DNA from: Mobula hypostoma
Lineage: Eukaryota
Direction of reading: 5' to 3'
DNA length: 64,000 nt
NCBI RefSeq assembly: GCF_963921235.1
Contig: NC_086108.1
Location: forward strand, 58,778,001-58,842,000
The notes under the pieces were generated by a model. It had not been told where the DNA came from. It was given only the letters and a program-made list of their open reading frames with translations, and made no database searches. This document shows, piece by piece, positions 1 to 13,048 of this stretch. Made by a program: the position numbers and the translations under genes. Each line of letters begins with the position of its first letter. The first letter of the stretch is position 1.

Positions 1-1456
1 CATTCCAGCCATTCCATGATCTTCCCTGCTTGTTTCACACCCCACTCAGTATTCAAATTTCCATAGGTTAAAATCTGAACATTGATCTCAGTCTCTGCTC
101 TATTCTTTGGAGATGGAACAGATTGTTTTAAATTGTGAAGGATGAAATGTGATTAATGGGCATCAATTTTACATTTGAAATATACTTAGTTGAAGGTCTT
201 GAGATGAGCACCTGGCTACCCCCGATGATCAAAGCATTTTATTACTAAGACTTACAAATGGCAAACAGATTTCACATGCAAACAGAAACTCAGCTGCTAG
301 TCTATGAATACAAGATCTTACATTAGTTGAAAGACCAAGTACAAAATCAAAGATTTTTCTTAGTATGTTTCACAAAGTTCTGAGCAGCTGAATTAAGATC
401 AGAAATTTATGACACAGGAGCCAGTCAAGCCGTCACATCACTGCTGAAGTTATTTCGACTACTTATACTTCACAGCTCTCAAGTCTACAGGTTTCACTTC
501 AAGTGCCATGAGTTTTTCCATGCCCAGATCCCTAGTAAGCTGTGTCAGTAAAAAAAAATCAATTAAGTTTTAAAAGTTTGCCTGACAAAATAATCTGGGC
601 CAGAGCAGGATTAGTCCCACAGGACCTTACCATGCTTAGTATGGGAACCCTACGCAAGGAAAATTGCATCAATCTGACCATTTGTCACCTGCGGATCACA
701 GTTTCTATTTAAATAAGGTTTGATGCCAAATTTGTCTCCGGGTGTGGGAGGGACAGAACAACAAGTTGAGCATATGTTGCACTGATCACTCTCCAGAAGG
801 ATGCAAGAAACTAACCAGTGAAAGTCTTTATACAAATAACCAAAATAGTGAAAGCCAAAAAATGATAAAGCACTTTAAAGCTTCATAAAGCTTTGAGGTT
901 CCTTAATGCTATAAAGGCAGTAGTGGTGAAAGTGCTCATACAGAAACAACATTTAAATTCTGATGATTTTGCCAAATGAGATGATCTTCTGGATGGATAA
1001 GACTCTACTTATTGAAGAAACGCAAACTGTGAAGGTCTTTAGAAATACAACTGTATTTTCACAAATTCAAATGGTGACAAATCCACAAAAAAACTGAAAT
1101 GGTAAATTGCACAGAATCTGACAGTAAGTTTTTCCAAATGTTTCATGATTTCTAAAATCAAACAAACTCAATAAAGGAAGAACAGAAAACATAAAAGATC
1201 TCAATAAACCTACTCTTCTTGATGCAAGATCATTTTGTTATAAGTGTTCTGTGGTTCCTTTCATTCTGGAATATGGAGGATAATAATTGAGGAAGAATAA
1301 AGAGACGAAGATGGGAATAATCTAAGAAAATTACATTGAGGCTAATAGCATTTTCACTCGAACATTTTGGATCTACTGCCAATAAAGTTTACAAAAGTAA
1401 TTCCAAATAGTTACTTTAACACTTAAGTCATGCAACTCACCCCTCCCTCTCAAAGA

Positions 1457-3335
1457 AATAGACAATAGGTGCAGACGTAGACCATTCGGCCCTTCGAGCC
1501 TGCACCGCCATTCTGAGATCATGGCTGATCATCTACTATCAATACCCGGTTCATGCCTTGTCCCCATAACCCTTGATTCCCCTATCCATAAGATACCTAT
1601 CTAGCTCCTTCTTGAAAGCATCCAGAGAATTGGCCTCCACTGCCTTCTGAGGCAGCACATTCCACACCTCCACAACTCTCTGGGAGAAGTTCCTCCTCAA
1701 CTCTGTCCTAAATGACTTACCCCTTATTCTTAAACCATGCCCTCTGGTATTGGACTCTCCCAGCATCTGGAACATATTTCTTGCCTCTATCTTGTCCAAT
1801 CCCTTAATAATCTTATATGTCTCAATCAGATCCCCCCCTCAATCTCCTTAATTCCAGCGTGTACAAGCCCAGTCTCTCTAACCTCTCTGCGTAAGACAGT
1901 CCGGACAGCCCAGGAATTAACCTAGTGAACCTACGCTGCACCTCCTCCACAGCCAGGATGTCCTTCCTTAACCCTGGAGACCAAAACTGCACACAATACT
2001 CCAGGTGTGGTCTCACCAGGGCCCTGTACAAATGCAAAAGGATTTCCTTGCTCTTGTACTCAAATCCCTTTGCAATAAAGGCCAACATTCTATTAGCCTT
2101 CTTCACTGCCTGCTGCACTTGCTCATTCACCTTCAGAGATGAACAAGTACTCCTAGATCTCTTTGCATTTCTCCCTTACCTAACTCCACACCGTTCACAT
2201 AATAATCTGCCTTCCTGTTCTTGCTCCCAAAGTGAATAACCTCACACTTATTCACATCTGCCAAGTTTCTGCCCACTCACCCAGCCTATCCAAGTCACCT
2301 CGAATTCTCCTAACATCCTCATCACATGTCACACTGCCACCCAGCTTAGTATCATCAGCAAACTTGCTGATGTTATTCACAATGCCTTCCTCTAAATCAT
2401 TGACGTAAATCGTAAACAGCTGTGGTCCCAATACCGAGCCCTGTGGCACCCCACTAGTCACCACTTGCCATTCCGAGAAACACCCATTCACTGCTACCCT
2501 TTGCTTTCTATCTGCCAACCAGTTTTCTATCCATGTCAATATCCTCCCCCCAATGCCATGAGCTCTGATTTTACCCACCAATCTCCTATGTGGTACCTTA
2601 TCGAATGCCTTCTGAAAGTCAAGGTACACTACATCCACTGGATCTCCCGCGTCTATCTTCCTGGTTACATACTCGAAAAACTCCAATAGATTAGTCAAGC
2701 ATGATTTGCCCTTGGTAAATCCATGCTGGCTCGGCCCAATCCTATCAATGCTATTAAGATATTCCGCTATTTCATCTTTAATAATGGACACTAGCATCTT
2801 CCCCACTACTGATGTTAGGCTAACAGGGCGATAGTTCGCTGTTTTCTCCCTCCCTCCTTTCTTAAAAAGTGGGATAACATTAGCCATTCGCCAATCCTCA
2901 GGAACTGATCCTGAATCTAAGGAACATTGGAAAATGATCACCAATGCGTCCGTACTTTCCAGAGCCACCTCTTTTAGTACCCTTGGATGCAGACCATCTG
3001 GACCTGAGGATTTGCTAGCCTTCAGTCCCATCAGTCTACTCATCACCGTTCCCTTCCTAATGTCAATCTGTTTCAGTTCCTCTGTTACCCTATGTCCTTG
3101 GCCCATCAATACATCTGGGAGATTGCTTGTATCTTCCCTAGTGAAGACAGATCCAAAGTACTTATTAAATTCATCTGCCATTTCTCTGTTTCCCATAACA
3201 ATTTCTCCCAATTCATTCTTCAAGGGCCCAACATTGTTCTTAACTATCTTCCTTCTCTTCACATACCTAAAAAAAAACTTTTGCTATCCTCCTTTATATT
3301 CCTAGCTAGCTTGCGTTCATAACTCACTTTTTCTC
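1457..3335 (-). mobile_element. 5'-truncated CR1 LINE, relatively young (RT region)
   Basis: ORF 2252-3262 with [50 protein letters not shown]-terminal LVRPHLEYCVQFWSP; 3' UTR ends near 1457. Confidence 0.95.
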
Positions 3336-5292
3336 TGAAAAATGAATGTGAAAGCTAACAAAAAACTAATTTTATAGCCCCTTTACAAAATCCTGCCATG
3401 TATGCTACCAACATATGGAATGTAAAATGTATCTCCTACTACTTGTATTTTTGCTTTGTTATGTTCTCATTCTATGAAATTAATAAAAAGATTGAAAAAG
3501 AAATAAAATAGCAGTACTCTCAAATAAAAGAATATGCTCCCTCTTCCTTAAAGCAGAACAAAAAGCACTAAGTTTAGATGTAATACATTATCTTTAAATG
3601 TCGATGTGAACGCATTCTTATAAAGGACAGGTGCTGCAGATTAACTGCTTAAATAGGCTTAATTATAACATTTGTTTCGACTGAAATGCTCTACACAATT
3701 TAATACACAACTTGACCCTTGTGTAGTTGAGAAAAGTACTAATCAAATTCGTTCCCTATTTGATTAAGTTAAATGAGTAAAACAACAACTTGCAATGTTT
3801 GGTAAAAGCTTCCAGTTTGTTCATACATGTTGCAATGACACATGATGAAACAAAACCGCTTCAATGACTCAAAATAAACCTTGAAACCTTGAATTTCTTT
3901 AATGCTGCCCTATAATAAGAAATCTTCCATCAAACTAAGAGAATACATGGCAATTAGCAATTCAAGTAGATATAGAATTGTACTGTCATTAAAAGTTAAA
4001 CTAATTTTTGAAGTAAACTTTAGGTAGGTGAATTCCAGTCAAGAGTCCTGTGGCATTTAATACCGCTCCCATGTCCTGCCAACATTTTCTAAATTACATG
4101 GAAGCAGGTTCAGGAAAAAAAAGGGGGGTATTTTAACAGACTCATCCAGAACACACAAACTATAACAGGTGCTGAAGATTGTCTACTTCGTCGTTAAAGT
4201 TCTCTATGTATGAAGTGAGGACCAAAGGACAGAATTTGAACATGACAATGCAAAGTGTTTAAACAAGTCTCAGAACCTATTTGTTTGATAGACTATGGAA
4301 TGTCAGCCAAAGATAAATGAGCTGTAAAACAATTTAAATACTGACGCCAAAGAGGAAATTTGGTGAAAAATGGCCTTCTTCTGCCTGTATTTTCTTAACA
4401 TCTTTGCACTCTGTATGTAGCTACAACACTTGTTAAAAGGATCCTTTATACTTTTTTTTTTGAAGTCTCACTTTGGACCAAAAAAATACAAGGAAGAGTG
4501 GATGCTGGGAGGGCAAGTATTTTCATATCCAGGACACCCAAAATTTTCTGTAAAAATTATTTAAAAGCAAATGGAATTTTAGTCTTAATACTCAAAAGTT
4601 TATATTATAAAGGGGATAACACTTTATCACAACTATACATGCCAATTTCATTTGGTGGGGATCTCCAGGAGTTTGAAAAGAATTTACATGGGGTAGGTGG
4701 GGAAGTGGAGGAGGGTGAACCTTTTCAGCCGCGGTAAAGAAAATCCTGCAATATTGGAAGAAGTGGGAGTAGAGTCATTACAAATTAGAAGCATGGGTTA
4801 ATTGAAGTGACTACGAGAAATTACGATCACTACTGCCACAATCAAGACCAGCTAAACTATGGAAAAGAGATTAAACCAAGAGATGAGATATTGCACTTAT
4901 CTAGCAAATACAAAATTTTCGTATCTATCTGTCCATTGGAATTAATAAACAATGGGGCACCTGTATACTCTCAGGCCATTATTCCACAATTAAGAAGGGA
5001 GTAAAAGTGGTGGAGGAGTGAGAACCGCAGATTGTCGATCACCGAAGCAGGATTACTTTTAAATTGAAAATGGGATTAAAGTCAATTCATACACAAAATT
5101 AAAGTGGTGTGGAATAGTACCAACACCTGCAGATTATAAAATATCTTCAGACTAGTAGGTTAAGAAAACTTGTCTGATTTAAATAAAAATGGTGATAGTA
5201 ATGAAATGAACATGTTAAAAGGAGACGAGGTGGTCTTCCCCTAGAAGTACTTTCTAAACTCTCCCAGGAGGAGAGAATGTTACCCCATTCAC

Positions 5293-5379
5293 CTTGACTT
5301 TGACCGGGGTGATCTAGATTGACCTCTGGAGCTGGAACGCGACCGGGATCTGGAAGTAGAAGAACTTCTGGTCCGGGAC
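5293..5379 (-). CDS. ZRANB2: ZRANB2 coding exon 8 (RS domain: SRTRSSSTSRSRSRSSSRGQSRSPRSKS)
   Basis: TTGCAG acceptor, AG|GTGAAT donor, 87 nt, phase 2/2. Downstream exons were not found in the window. Confidence 0.9.
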
Positions 5380-7090
5380 CTGCAATAAAATGGTAATAAT
5401 TTCCAGTGGAAGTTTAAAAAGCAAGCAACATTAAAAACTGGAAAGACAAGTTCTTTTCAACTTCAAAGCCTAGTAAAATCAACTTATAATCAAATGCAAC
5501 AAACAGAATTACCAAGCTGCATGGCAATGCAATTTAACTCTCAGATCTTCCTATGGTTCCATAAACAGATATTTTAACTCAAACCAAGTTTCTCAGAACA
5601 TCAATTAAACATCTAAAAAAAAATCTATTACATGTGCAACTTTAGAGTGGTTATTTAAGAACACATTTAAATGGATCTCAATTTCCTCTACAAGACAGAA
5701 AACATAGCTGAAATTCAAATCAGAGCTACATTTCCAAAAACACCCAAAACGTTGCTTCGCTTCAACCACATGGGAACAGATACAATAAAGCAGTTATATT
5801 CTTTGGACAAAAGATGAATAGAAACAGGACAAAATTTCTCTTAATTTCTTGTTTTCTCCATTTAAAAAAATAAATCAGCAACTTTGATGCCTTTAACAAA
5901 TTTAGACAATTTTTCATAAGATAAAAGCTACCATTAATATGATCAAATAAGCATGGCATTATATGTCTGTTAGTTTATGATAATGAAGCTAGTTGTATTC
6001 AAAATTAACACTAACTTTTAAAAAAGTTTTTCTTATTTATATTAATTGGCCAAATACACGTTAAAAATCAAAGCATTAGTGTCTTGCTGCCTTCTCATGC
6101 AAATGGTTAGGAGCAAAGCACACAAACATGTTAATAAGAGAACAGTCTTTGTAATAAAGAACAATATGATTTTTGCATTTTTAAATAATTTAGATAGCAA
6201 GTAATAGATTAAATTTAACATGGGAAACACAGCTGGTATGGGATCCAGTTGCCAAAGTAATGAGCAATTCCTAAATCAGCTGTCACAAGATAAATTTAAG
6301 AAACCTTGAAATTTTGGAAGTCTCTAAGTGGCACTAATTGAAACGTGCACAAGCCCCAAAAAATTACAATGTATTCAGATATTATCTTAAGCACAATTTA
6401 GTTTTAATATTCAATTAATAAGAACTTTCACTTTTGTCTACCTGAATAATTCTGAACACCAAAGATTTAAGTAAAAACAGAAAAAAAGATTGGTTGGGTT
6501 CAATAGAAATAAAGAAGTCTCAAATATGATCATGTTTGATATTTTCAGCAGTGGTAGAAGACTTAACATTATCAATTCTGTCAAAAGAATTCCAAAAAGA
6601 AGTGGGCTTGTTTACAAATGGAACATTGAATAAATGATCAGGACAGTATGTAATTATAAATAGATTCTGAATATCATTGTTAACTTCTCTGATTAAAATA
6701 GGCAAAAGGGAAACTTCCCTCCACATATATGAAGGGAGAGTAGCAAAAATGTGACAGCATTAAATGAGAAGAGCATATCTTAAAAAAAAACTATTAGGAT
6801 GGGAGGTACAATTTTGATACTCATTCTGAGAACTTTGGAAATGAATACAAACTTTTGGACTCAATTAAAAACTTAAATGCAATGTTTTAGTCCTTATACA
6901 TAATATAACATTTGTTAATATCTTGAATATTCTAATAGAAGCCATCTAAAAGTCATCTCCTAAAGGAAGGAATGTAACTTTATAGATGCAAGACTTCAAA
7001 AATTTGTCACATGAACAATTATTTAAAAGAAAGAAGTTAAACTGATACTGACATTTTGCCCGGTGTCACCCTTGACCTGTACCCGTTTAC

Positions 7091-7245
7091 CTGGACCTTG
7101 AACTGGAATGAGCAGTAGAAGATGATGAAGATCGAGAGGAGCGAGACTTGGAACGACTGCTGCTTTTTGGAGGTTTCTTTTCATCTTCACTTGCATCCAG
7201 ATTGTATTTTGAGAGATCTCCATCTTCATCATCATCATCATCATC
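7091..7245 (-). CDS. ZRANB2: ZRANB2 coding exon 7 (DDDDDDEDGDLSKYNLDASEDEKKPPK...SSSRS)
   Basis: CTAG acceptor, AG|GTAAAC donor, 155 nt; DLSKYNLDAS motif and start of the RS domain. Confidence 0.93.
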
Positions 7246-7279
7246 CTAGGAAATATTGAAGAGTTATGCTTATCATAAA

Positions 7280-7550
7280 TGACATTCAGGTTGGAAGGTG
7301 ATAGGTGAAATCAGGTGAGGATGAAGGTGGGATGAAGTAAGATGCTGGGAGGTGATAGGTGGAAAAGGTAAAAGGAGGAATCTGACAGAAGACAGGGGAC
7401 CATGGAAGAAATGGATGAGAGAAGGGCAACAGAAGGAGTTTAGTGGGCAGGTAAGAAGAAGGGGAGTGACAGGGGAATAAGAATGGGAAATGCAAAGAGA
7501 ATCGCCGGGGGGGTGGGGGGGAGATAAATTACTCTTAAGTTATAGAAACC
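7280..7550 (-). mobile_element. Penelope-like element 3' fragment
   Basis: Purine-rich GAAGGTGATAGGTGAA... tract similar to 63840-64000, which adjoins a hammerhead motif. Confidence 0.5.
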
Positions 7551-7958
7551 AAACTTCTTCCTCTTTAAGAAGAACCCTAAATATACTAGCATGAGACAAC
7601 CTTCTAATGATTAGTTAAGAATAGTATTCCTTTGCAAAAGATAATATGGAAAACTTATGATTCACAAGACCCAGTAAAAAAATTCACCGATCCAAGTTAA
7701 AATTAAAGCTAAAGCTATTTTGAAATAAACAAAAAACCTTGTAGAAGTTAAATTGTCTTTATCCAACTCTAGAGAAAAACGTTCACTCACTAAAAATATG
7801 GCAAGAGCCTGAAATTTCTGAGTATAGAGAAACAACAGAAAAGCTGCACTTGTTTTAACCCCTAACAGCACAGAAGATAAACATTTACAATCTTTCATTC
7901 CTTTGGTATGCCTGATAACTGATGATCTATTACTGATGATCTGCAACTCTTATTGTAC

Positions 7959-8200
7959 AGGGGGAGATTTGGCATAGTGGTAATTACCACTGGATCAGTA
8001 ATTCAGACACCCAGTTATACGCTGGGGACACAAGTTAGAATCCCACCATCGCAGATGGTGAATTTGAATTCAATAAAAATATCTGATGACCATGAAACCA
8101 TGTCGACTGTTGTGAAAACCTAGATGGTTCACTAATGCCCTTCAAGGGAGGAATCTTGCCGTCCTTATCTGGTCTGGCTTATATGTGACTCCAGACCCCC
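7959..8200 (+). mobile_element. tRNA-derived SINE head/body abutting a LINE
   Basis: A-box-like TGGCATAGTGG and B-box-like GTTAGAATCC, followed by a SINE-type body (TGGTTCACTAATGCCCTT...GACTCCAGACC). Confidence 0.6.
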
Positions 8201-9417
8201 TGTAGTCTCAAGGCACCAGGTTAAACATGGGCAAAGAAGCCTCCTGCTGATCACCACATACCGTCCTCCCTCAGCTGATTAATCAGTACTTCTCCATGTT
8301 GAGTAGCACTTGGAGGAGGCATGGACACAGAATGTAGATCTGGGTGGGGGACTTCAATATCCATCACCAAGCATGGCTCCTTAGTACTACAGACAGAGCT
8401 GGTCAGGTCCTACTGGACATAGCGACTAGATTGGGACTACAGCAGGTGGTGAGGGAACCAAAAGAGGGAAAAACACGTGACTTCATTCTCACCAAACTGC
8501 CTGCCATGGAAGCATCTGTCCATGACAGCACTGATAGAAGTGACCACCACACAGTTTTTGTGGAGACTAAATCCCATCTCAACATTGAAGAAACCCTCCA
8601 TCGCATTGTGTCGCACTACCACTGTGCTAAATGGGATAGACTTCAAACAGATCTAGTAGCCCAAGACTGGGCACTATGAGGCGCTGTGAGCCATCAGCAG
8701 CAGCAGAATTGTACTCAACTACCATCTGTAACCTCATGACCCAGAATATCTCCCACTCTAACATTACTACCAGGCCAGAGATCAACCCTGGCTCAATGAA
8801 GAGTGCAGGAGGGCATGCCAAAGAACAACACCAGGCACACCTCAATATGAGGCATCACCCTGATGAAGCCACAATACAGGACTACTTCCATGCCAAACAC
8901 CATAAGCAGCAAGTAACAGACAGCGCCAAGTGGTCCCACAACCAAATGTAAGCTCTGTAGTCCCGCCACATCCAGCCATGAACGGTGGTGGAGAATCAAA
9001 CAACTCACTGGAGGAGGCTCCACAAATATCCCCATCCTCAATGATAGAGGAGCCCAGCACACCTGTGCAAAAGATAAGGTTGAGGCATTTGCTGCAATCT
9101 TCAGTCAGAAGTGCTGAGTAGATGATTCAGCTCGCCCTCTTGGAGCCCAGATGTCAATATGAAGCCAATCCGATTCACTCCACGTGATAGCAAAAAACGG
9201 CTGAAAGCACTGCATACTGTGGGAGCTAAGGGCCCAGACAAAATTCTGGCAATAGTCTTGAAGACTAGTGCTCCAGAACTTGCTGTGCCACCAGCCAAGC
9301 TGTTCCAGTACAGCTACAACACCAACATCAACATCAACCCGGCAATGTGGAAAATTGCCCAGGTATGTCCTGCACACAAGAAACAGGACAAGTCCAACCC
9401 AGCTAATTACCATCCCA

Positions 9418-9672
9418 AGCAACATACATCAAAGTTGCTGGTGAACGCAGCAGGCCAAGCAGCATCTACAGGAAGAGGCGCAGTCGACGTTTCAGGCCGA
9501 GACCCTTCGTCAGGACCAACTTCCTTCAGTTGGTCCTGACGAAGGGTCTCGGCCTGAAACGTCGACTGCGCCTCTTCCTATAGATGCTGCTTGGCCTGCT
9601 GCGTTCACCAGCAACTTTGATGTATGTTGCTTGAATTTCCAGCATCTGCAGAATTCCTATTGTTCGCGTTTA
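9418..9672. mobile_element. Penelope-type palindromic insertion with 13-bp TSD
   Basis: Inverted arms 9416-9521 / 9528-9633 (106 bp, one mismatch, 6-nt spacer); TSD AATTACCATCCCA at 9405-9417 and 9673-9685. Confidence 0.85.
9531..9568 (+). ncRNA. Minimal type I hammerhead ribozyme motif (mirror copy at 9481-9518 on minus strand)
   Basis: TGGTC-CTGACGA-AGG(GTCTCGG)CCT-GAAA-CG-TC-GACTG: CUGANGA and GAAA cores, 3-bp stem II, ACGU palindromic stem III, GUC triplet, stem I TGGTC/GACTG with G-U pairs. Confidence 0.7.
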
Positions 9673-12016
9673 AATTACCATCCCATCAGCCTACTCTCAA
9701 TAATCAGCAAAATAATGTAAGGGGTCATCAACAGTGCTATCACGCAGCATCTACTTGGCAATAATCTGCTTACAGATGCCCAGTTTGGGTTCCATCAAGG
9801 CCACTTAGCTCCTGACCGCATCACCTCCTTGGTCCAACTATGGAAGAAAGAGCTAAATACCAGAGGCGAGATGAGAGTGATAGCCCTCGACATCAAGGCA
9901 GCATTTGACCAAGTAGGCATCAAGGTGCCCTAGCTAGAATGGAGTCAATGGGAATTAGGGGAAAAACCCTCCACTGGTTGAAATCATAGCTGATACAAAG
10001 GAAGGTGGTTATGGCGGTTGGAGGTCAATCATCTCATCCTCAGGACATCACTGCAAGAGTTTTCCAAGGAAGTGTCCTAGGACCAACCATCTTCAGCTGT
10101 TTTTTTTTATCAATGACCTTCCTTCTGTCATAATGTCAGAAATGGGGATGTTCGCAGATGACTGCACAATGTTCTGCACGATTCGTGACTCCTCAGATAG
10201 TGAAACAGTTCATACCCAAATGCAGCAGGACTTGGACAAACCCAAGCTTGGGCTGACAAATGGCAAGTAAGCAAGTGCCAGACAATGACCATTTCCAAAA
10301 AGAGGCTCTAACCATTGTCCCTCGACATTCAGTGACATCACCACTGAATCCCTATCAACATCGTGGCATTACCACTGACAGGACACTGAACTGGTCTAGC
10401 CATATAAACACTGTGGCTACCAGAACAAGTCAAAGGCTAGGAATCCTGCGGCGTGTAACTCACCTGACGTCCCAAAGCCTGTCATCATCTAAAAGGTTCA
10501 GGTCAGGAGTGTAATGGAATACTTGTCACTCGCCTGGATGAGTGCAGCTCCATCAACACTCAAGAAGCTTGACACCATCCAGTACAAGGCAGCCAACTCG
10601 ATTGGTACCCCTTCCACAAGTATCCAATCCCTCCACCATCGACAAACATTTGCAGCAGTGTGAACTATCTACAAGATGCACTGCAACAACAAAAGGTTCC
10701 TAAGGCAGCACCTTCCAGACCCACGACCATTACCAACCAGAAGGATGAGAACAGCAGATACCTGGAAACACCACTAGGAAATCCCCCTCCAAGTCACTCA
10801 CCACCCTGACTTGGAAACATACCACTGCTCCTTCATTGTCACTGTGTCAAAATCATGGAATTTCTTCCCTAAAAGCACTGTGGGTGTACCTATACTTCAG
10901 GGACTACAGCGGTTCAAGGCAATAAATGTTGGCTTAGCTGGTGACTCACATCCCATAAATTAATAAATCAAAATTAATAAATCAAAAGGTGGCCAACAGA
11001 TCAGCTGAGGAATTCAAATAAACAAGAATTTAATTCACTGCAAGTCAAATGGGACAATTTATTGTGATTAGATTTTACTGACCAACTTCTACAGTGCTTC
11101 TTAGGCAATCTGGATGCATACTTGAAGTCAGCAAATTGATAAATATTACCATTCATGTTCTCTTCAATCAGGTCCGTTTACAATTTTGTGGAGCAGAGCG
11201 CATTAAATATTCTACATCAAATCCATTTGGCAGCTAATCCACTAATTTGAAGTCAAAATAATCATCTAAATATTATTCAATTTAAGTTTCACTGCATAAT
11301 GTAATTATACACTCCATATTCATATACAAGTTATGCATTAATAATTTTCTTCAGGGAAAATAACACTATTCTAATGGCTTCTGAAGTTTAAGAAACAGTG
11401 AGGGAACATGACGTACTAGCAGGAAAAACAACTTGGCTAATATCTCAATAACTCAGTATCCCAAGTCTGGCTTGGAAGTGAGTAATTATTCACAAGAGTG
11501 GCGCAAATGCCCAAAAAGTGTGACGTAGAAATCTTAGGTACACGTAAAAGAAATCCAGTAAAGCAAAGATGCTTTCAAAAATAATGAAATTAAAAGTTTC
11601 CAAATATCAAGAGCAGTAAAGAGTGAAAAAACTGAATCAAAATTTGGTGTGACCAAAGTCTTTAAAACTGCATCTACTCTCTTAGGTACACTGATGTGCA
11701 GTTTAAAAGAAAATTGGCTGGTAGGTTGTTCCAAGCACTGAAAGTTTGCTACAGTTCTTCTGCAGACTTTGGCTGTCTCACTTGCTTCTGTCTCTCCAGG
11801 TAATCCCAAGCAGCCTTGATGATGTTGAGATCAGGGCTCTGTAGAGGCCATGCCATCTGATGCAGAACTCCCTGTTCTTCTTTTCGCTGAAGATAGTTCT
11901 TTACGTCCTTGGCAGTGTGTTTGTGATCATTGTCCTGCTGCAGATGAAATTGGGACTGATCAGACACTGCCCTGACGGTATTGCTTGATGGATAAGTACC
12001 TGCTTGTACTTCTCAG

Positions 12017-12247
12017 CGTTGCTGTTGTTCCTTTCCGTGCTTTGTGGCGCATTGGACAGCAACTGTGCCATTTCTTTATAATTTTGTCTATTTTTTCCCC
12101 TTCTCTTCTTTTTAAAAATGAAGCTGAATTGTTAGCTTGATGCTCAACCCAGCGCGGATGAAAAGCATGCAAGAATCTGGCCGGATTTGAACCTGGGATC
12201 ACTTGGCTTGAAGTCCATTGCGGATGCCACTACACAAATGGCCAGCC
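12017..12247 (-). mobile_element. tRNA-derived SINE nested in Tc1
   Basis: Head GGCTGGCC...GGTTCAAATCC on minus strand; flanked by repeated TTCTCAG; resembles SINEs at 13049 and 41345. Confidence 0.7.
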
Positions 12248-12658
12248 ATATTCTCAGTATTGAGGATTCCATTAATTCTGACCAGATCACCAACTCCATT
12301 TGCAGAAATGCAGCCCCAAATCTGCAAGGAACTTCTGCCATGCTTCACTGTCGGCTCCAGACACTCATCTATGTAGCGTTCCTGCTCTTCTATAGACAAA
12401 TTACCTCCTGTTGAGCCAAAAATTTCTAATTTTGACTCATTAGTCCACAGCACTTGCTGCCATTGCTCACCGCCCCAGTCTTTGTGTTTTTGTGCATAGG
12501 TAAAACTCTTGGCTGTTTCCACTTCAGAGGAATGGTGTTATGTACAACTCTTCCATAAAGACCACTTCTGACAAGATTCCTCTGGACTATAGAGGGCTAT
12601 AACTGGACTTCAGTGGTTTCTGAGAGTTCAGAGATGATGGTAGTGCTAGATTTCTTCC

Positions 12659-13048
12659 TGTAACACGCTATAGGGTTTCACTGCTAATATAATGGCCTCT
12701 CTGTAATGGTTTTTCTGTAGCAGCAATGTTTGGGTTATGTCTAGAGATAACAGACGTTTAGCATGTGCACCATCCAATGAGAGGCATGCTGTTCTTTCTT
12801 GTGAATGAGAGTAGGGATTCCGCGGTCTTTTGTCATAGAGACGAAGAGAGAAGACATGAGTGGAGAGAGTTGGTAGACCGGCTGACAGAGTGGACATGGG
12901 GCGAGGGTCTGACGGTCAACGATGTTTGGAGGAGGTTGATGGGGAACGAATGGATGGAACCTTGAGCTCCAACATGCTTCATTAAAATGGGCCCTTTTTC
13001 TTTATTCTCCTTACTAACCCTGTAGTCAGATTAAGATTTATAAAGTTC
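12659..13048. mobile_element. Truncated LTR, same family as 14182-14726 in opposite orientation
   Basis: Starts TGTAAC...GGTTTCACTGCTAAT, the reverse complement of the end of 14182-14726; internal similarity also at ...TTACTAACCCT.TAGTCA. Confidence 0.7.

Larger units (their letters stand above)
8200..10965 (+). mobile_element. Decayed CR1/L2-clade LINE ORF2 (endonuclease + RT) with 3' end
   Basis: GDFN, SDHHTV endonuclease motifs; KGPDKI, WKIAQVCPAHKKQDKSNPANY, FADD RT motifs; frameshifted; AATAAA-containing 3' end ~10920; interrupted by the palindrome at 9418-9672. Confidence 0.85.

Noticed and set aside
1..5292. miR-186 (mammalian ZRANB2 intron 8) and ZRANB2 exon 9
   Set aside because: No miR-186-like hairpin and no further RS-coding exon recognised in this interval.
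7023..7244. ORF starting MMMMMMK
   Set aside because: Wrong-frame reading of the (GAT)n Asp tract in ZRANB2 exon 7.
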